Source of the DNA: Octopus vulgaris
Taxonomy: Eukaryota
Assembly (NCBI GenBank): GCA_951406725.2
Contig: OX597820.1
Span: forward strand, 88,536,001 to 88,600,000
Length of the DNA: 64,000 bases
Reading direction: 5' to 3'
A program made the position numbers and the translations under genes. The notes under the pieces are model-generated. The model did not search any database. It was not told where the DNA came from and was given only the letters and a program-made list of their open reading frames with translations. Below are positions 58,905 through 64,000 of the stretch, piece by piece (positions within the stretch are counted from its first letter, which is position 1; the number at the start of each line of letters is the position of its first letter).

Positions 58905-58915
58905 TGTTAATGTTC

Positions 58916-58956
<41 letters not shown>

Positions 58957-59468
58957 GATATAGCGGCTCTTTTTTGTAGTTATTTTTGTTGTTGTTGTTG
59001 TTGCTCCTGCTGATTTTACCGTCTATAAACTATAACTTTCCTGATGTCTCTTGCAGAAGCCGTTAGCATCGCTGATGTCCTTGTCTCGACTGGTGCTTCT
59101 TCTAGTTGTTGCTGTTGTTGTTGTTGTTGTTGTTATGGTGGTGGTGGTGGTGGTGGTGGTTACGTGAAAGCCAGTATTGGTATTGCAGTAGCAGTAGTAG
59201 TAGTAGTGGTGGTGGTGATGGAAGGTGAAGTACTTGTTGTATTTTGGTGGCGGCGGTGGCGGCGGCGGAGGGTAACGAAATCGTGTTTTCGTTATTGTAG
59301 AGGTTGTAGTGCAACGGTAGTGTAGTGGTACTTACCGGCGTCACACACTACCGACCACTGTAACCTAACTCAACACCAACACCACACTGTCACCAACCAC
59401 TATCACCACTGCTTGCTTACATATCCAGGATGGAATACCACCACCACCACCACCAAGCTACTACTACA

Positions 59469-59508
<40 letters not shown>

Positions 59509-59601
59509 ATAATAATAATAATAATAATAATAATACCACTACTACAACTACCACCTCAACTACAACAGCTGCTACTACTATTACCACCACAATTATAACA
59601 G

Positions 59602-59640
<39 letters not shown>

Positions 59641-59873
59641 TTATTACTACTACTACTACTACTGTTACTACTTCTAGTATTACTATTACTACTACCACTT
59701 CTACAATCACAACTGCAACCACCACTACTACTACTACCACCACCACTTCAATTGCTACAACCACCACAACTATAACAGCTACTACTACTACTACTGTTAC
59801 TACTTCTACTATTATTATTACTACTACCACTCCTACAATCACAACTGCAACCACCACCACCACCACCACCACC

Positions 59874-59929
<56 letters not shown>

Positions 59930-60290
59930 ATAAGTGACTGAAAGTTATGCTGTTGTAATATTCGCCAGCTGCGTTTGCTCCTGTTGCAGTTTTTGCCACC
60001 AACCAGTGGTGATGCACTTACATTTGCAGAGAACTGCACCACCAGCAGAGTTGATTTCGGTAGCATCTTCATCATCATCATCATCATCTTCATCGTTATC
60101 ACCACCACCACCACCACCACCATCGTCATCATCGTCATCGTCATCGTCGTCGTCGTCGTCGTCATCTTCATCGTCATCATCATCATCAACAGCAACAGCC
60201 TCCCGCCATCACCACCACCACCACTACCACCACCACCACCACCGGTGCCGCCGTCGTCGGCGACGGCGGCGGCATTGTGGCTGTCGTCAG

Positions 60291-60327
<37 letters not shown>

Positions 60328-60527
60328 GTCGTCGTCGTCGTCGTCGTCGTTGTTGGCATCGTCGCTCATGTTATTCCTGGTCGTCTTTGTGGTTTGTAGA
60401 AATAAGAATGGCACAAAGTGACAACACCAGTAAGAGTATTGGTTGTAGTAGTAGTAGTGGTAATAGTAGTGGTAATAGTAGTAGTAGCAACAGCAGCAGT
60501 GTTTACAGAGTGATTGTAATAGTGGAG

Positions 60528-60602
<75 letters not shown>

Positions 60603-61265
60603 CTTGTATTTATAGTATTGGTGTTACTGGTGGTAGTATTTGCAATACAGCTAGTATTGGTGTAATGTTGACAGTATAGGTGGTAGTGGAGGTGGTGGTA
60701 GAAGTAGTAGTAGTAGTAGTAGGTATTTGTAATGTTGGTGCCAGTAGTAGTGGTCGTAGTTGTCTGCGGTATTGGTTGTAGATGTAGTGCTGGCGGTAGT
60801 TATTTACAGTATTGACTGTAGTGGTGGTAGTGATCTTCAGTCTTGGTGGTGGTGGTGGTAGTAGTAGTAGTAGTAGTCTTAGTAGTAGTAGTCTTAGTAG
60901 TAATAGTAGTAGTAGTAGTAGTAGTAGCAGCAGCAGTAGTAGTAGTAGTCGTAGTAGTAATAGTGGGCGTGTTACAGTATTGGCCACAGTGGGAGTGGTT
61001 GTAGTGTTTATAGTAAGAGTTGTGGTAGTGCTGATGATGATCAGTTATCAGTTATCAGGTGGTTTGGGGTAAGACAGGCTTGGAGTACAGGGCTGGCTTA
61101 GTTAACATCTGTCAGTTGCCGCTGCTATTGCTACTACTACTACAGCGACTACTGCTACTACTGCTACTACTGCTACTGCACTTGCTACTGCTGCACTTGC
61201 TGTTGCTGGTAGTGGTGGTGGTAGAGGTGGTGGTAGATAGTGCTACAAGTGCAGCGCCCTTGTCT

Positions 61266-61299
<34 letters not shown>

Positions 61300-61438
61300 G
61301 GTTTTTGCTGAGGTCAACGAGGTTGTTATTTATTTCTGTTGCCGCCGTTCTTCTTGTTGTGGCTGTTGTTGTTTTAACGAATGTAATGACGGTCGTATGA
61401 CTTCAGGAATGCGTCCACACGAAGCAACATCAGGCATA

Positions 61439-61502
<64 letters not shown>

Positions 61503-61665
61503 ATACTACTACTACTATTACTACTACTACTACTACTACTATTACTAACAATACCAGCACCACCACCACCACTACTACTACAACTACTGCTGCTGCTGTG
61601 CTGTTACTACTACTACTACTACTATAACTATTACTACTACTACTACTACTACTAACACTACCACC

Positions 61666-61702
<37 letters not shown>

Positions 61703-61749
61703 ACACCACCACCACTACTTCTACAACAACAACTACTACAACTACAACA

Positions 61750-61780
<31 letters not shown>

Positions 61781-61800
61781 TGACTACTATTACTACCTCC
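58700..61800. repeat. Trinucleotide-repeat field (ACT/AGT, ACC/GGT, CAT, CGT, GCT) upstream of the bHLH gene
   Basis: Directly visible; strand polarity alternates in blocks. Confidence 0.92.
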
Positions 61801-61909
61801 AACGTTACTATTACGACTATCTCTGTCCCAATATGTAAATCCCACATTTTATGTCTGTCTTTGATTGCCCCCCCCCCCTCATCCTTCGCCCTGGTGGCAA
61901 ATAAATGTT

Positions 61910-62070
61910 CTACGTTCCGAGTTCAAATTCCGCCGAGGTTGACTTTGCCTTTCATCCTTTCGGGGTCGATAAATTAAGTACCAGTGAAACACTGACGGTC
62001 AATTTAATCAACTGGTCCCTCCAAAAAAATTTCAGGCCTCATTCCTATAAGAGAAAGGATTATTATTATT
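61910..62070 (+). mobile_element. SINE family B, 5'-truncated old subtype ending in (ATT)n
   Basis: gagttcaaattccgccgaggttgactttgcctttcatcctttcggggtcgataaa. Confidence 0.8.
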
Positions 62071-62076
62071 ATCATT

Positions 62077-62630
62077 GAGTGAGAGAGCAGTGCATGCCAT
62101 CAAAGTGACACTGGGGTAAAATATACGAACCCCAATATACCCATCATGACTACCCGTCTGATAAGGGTACACCAGGCACATGCATCACAACCATATGTGC
62201 GCGACATGGTGATCTCATATCAAGATAAACAGCACATGACCTTGCAGGTGGGGCCCAGTTAGAATTTTCTTCAGGTTGAGTAGCCCATCCCGCTCAAAAG
62301 GTCCCTGAATAAGGGTTGTTTAAGTATGTTGAAAGAGCCCCCCATGTTTCCAGAGGTGAATTATTCAAACCCCAAAGAATCCCTCTCAACACATGGCTAT
62401 GATGCTCCCCCACTACTTCTGCTCGTGATCAGAGATGCACATATCGTCAGCCACTAAGGGACATGCTCAACTGGTTAAGGTCAAACAACTGACAAGTAAA
62501 TCTGTGGTATTGAGCAGAATATTTGCTGTAGCCCATCTTTTATACCAAGACAAAACAATGTACATGATAACACTTCCAATCAGTTAAGATCAGAAGCCAC
62601 GAGAGCCACTGCCTGGTACTGCATCAGGGC
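62077..62630. mobile_element. ~555-bp non-coding interspersed element embedded in (ATT)n, copy 1
   Basis: Bounded by (att)n on both sides and repeated at 62746-63290. Confidence 0.75.
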
Positions 62631-62647
62631 ATTTATTATTATTATTA

Positions 62648-62700
<53 letters not shown>

Positions 62701-62745
62701 GTTGTTGTTGTTGTTGTTGTTGTTGATGTTAATGTTATTATTATT

Positions 62746-63290
62746 GAGTGAAAAAGCAGTGTCTGCTATCAAAGTGACACTGGGAGAAAATATACGAAGC
62801 CCATCATGACTACCCGTCTGATAAGGGTACCCCAAGTACATGCATCACAACCATATGTGCGCGACATGGTGATTTCATATCAAGATAAACAGCGCATGAC
62901 CTTGCAAGTGGGGCCCAGTTAGTATTTTCTTCAAGTCGAGTGGCCCATCCCGTTGTAAAGGTCTCTGAATAAAGATTGTTTAGGGATGATGAACGAAACA
63001 CCCATGTTTCCAGGTGTGAGTTATTCAAATGTCAAAGAATCCGTCTGAGCGCGTGACTATGATGCTCTCCCACTACTTCTGCTCGTAATCAGAGAGGCAC
63101 ATATCGTCAACCACTTAGGGGCATGCTCAACTGGGTAAGGTCAAACAACTGACAAGCAAATCAGGGGTATTGAACAGAATATTTGCTGTAGCCCATCTTT
63201 TATATCAAGACAAAACAATGTACACGGTAACACTTCCAATCAGTTAAGATCAGAAGCTATGGAAGCCAGTTCCTGGTATTACATTAAGGT
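62746..63290. mobile_element. ~545-bp element embedded in (ATT)n, copy 2 (diverged)
   Basis: Collinear with 62077-62630 with many substitutions; same termini in (att)n. Confidence 0.75.
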
Positions 63291-63304
63291 ATTTATTATT
63301 ATAT

Positions 63305-64000
63305 GGTGGCACCTGTCAAGTTGCTCGGGGTCTGGTTTGGGCCAAACCTTCAGGTGGAGAAGAATTAGGATACAGTGGCCAATCTCACCCAGAAATGACT
63401 TGAGAAAAGTTATCCTTGAAGGGTCAGGCAGAGATGGCGAATGCATACATCTCCTCCGTTATATATTATCGCCCGACCGTCGTACCTTGCCCCAGTTCAT
63501 GTCCGACGAAAATGGAATGCATACTTTTCCGCTTTCTGTGGGAGGGGTGCATTCCACTCGTCAGGCGCTCCATTTGCTGTCAACGCTCCATTTGCTGTCA
63601 ACACACACTGAATTGAGGGCTAGGCATGCCATGGCTGCTGATGCGTAGACATGCGCTGAGGCTGTGATATCGCCACTGCTTCCAAGACGGTGAGCAGGTA
63701 TAATCGCCATTTGTCAGACACGATTTCCCACAGCTTGTCTCTTTGTCTGAGCTGCAGTGCGGGATCAAGCGTAGATCGAAGCAGAGCATCTGGCGCCTAG
63801 GGCGTGTGGTCAAGAACTCGTAGTCCTCAGTCAGTCAGGCAATGCGGTCGGTGGAAATTCCACTCAGGCATTCTATATAGGGCCTAGTTGCGGGTAAGTG
63901 CGACGACGTGATTCTGGGCGTCGATGAGAATGAGTTGGTTGGTCTGTTCCGGAAGACTTTAGGGCTGGGGCCTATGGATAACTTCCAGAAATCCCTGGCC
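63305..64000 (+). mobile_element. Tx1/L1-clade LINE ORF2 relic running off the window end
   Basis: LKGQAEMANAYISSVIYYR.TVVPCP...ILFRFLWEG.IPLVRRSICCQ...*GLGMPWLLMRRHALRL; contains stops and a small tandem duplication. Confidence 0.75.

Noticed and set aside
59926-60665. ORFs on both strands with poly-D/G/S/H, as a possible upstream Atoh8 exon
   Set aside because: Open frames are explained by trinucleotide repeats; no conserved motif or clear splice pair

Overview
Repeat-saturated, AT-rich animal DNA, most likely an octopus (coleoid cephalopod), judged from its SINE families and extreme microsatellite load. Only one host gene is supportable: an Atoh8/net-type bHLH transcription factor on the - strand at about 56.4-58.7 kb. 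Its long reading frame has no in-frame ATG until the bHLH and is separated by a single TGA from an in-frame upstream ATG ORF. The other ~56 kb is gene desert containing tRNA-derived SINEs, DD41D and DD34D Tc1/mariner relics, Helitrons, CR1, Tx1/L1 and Penelope-like LINE fragments, hAT and piggyBac MITEs, and simple repeats; nearly all ORF-track entries are microsatellite or SINE artefacts. Most notable observations: (i) two type I hammerhead ribozyme motifs at 19.6 and 19.9 kb, one inside a ~360-bp tandemly repeated retrozyme-like unit; (ii) the TGA-interrupted N-terminus of Atoh8; (iii) a SINE whose 3' end repeatedly joins the same GGTATT(T/A)CG site, building self-nested arrays; (iv) a tandem unit in which three successive copies carry a hAT MITE at the same TCTAGA site; (v) a fine-scale SINE/Helitron mosaic that is probably a haplotype-collapse artefact. 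All calls were made by eye; repeat boundaries are approximate unless TIRs or TSDs are quoted.
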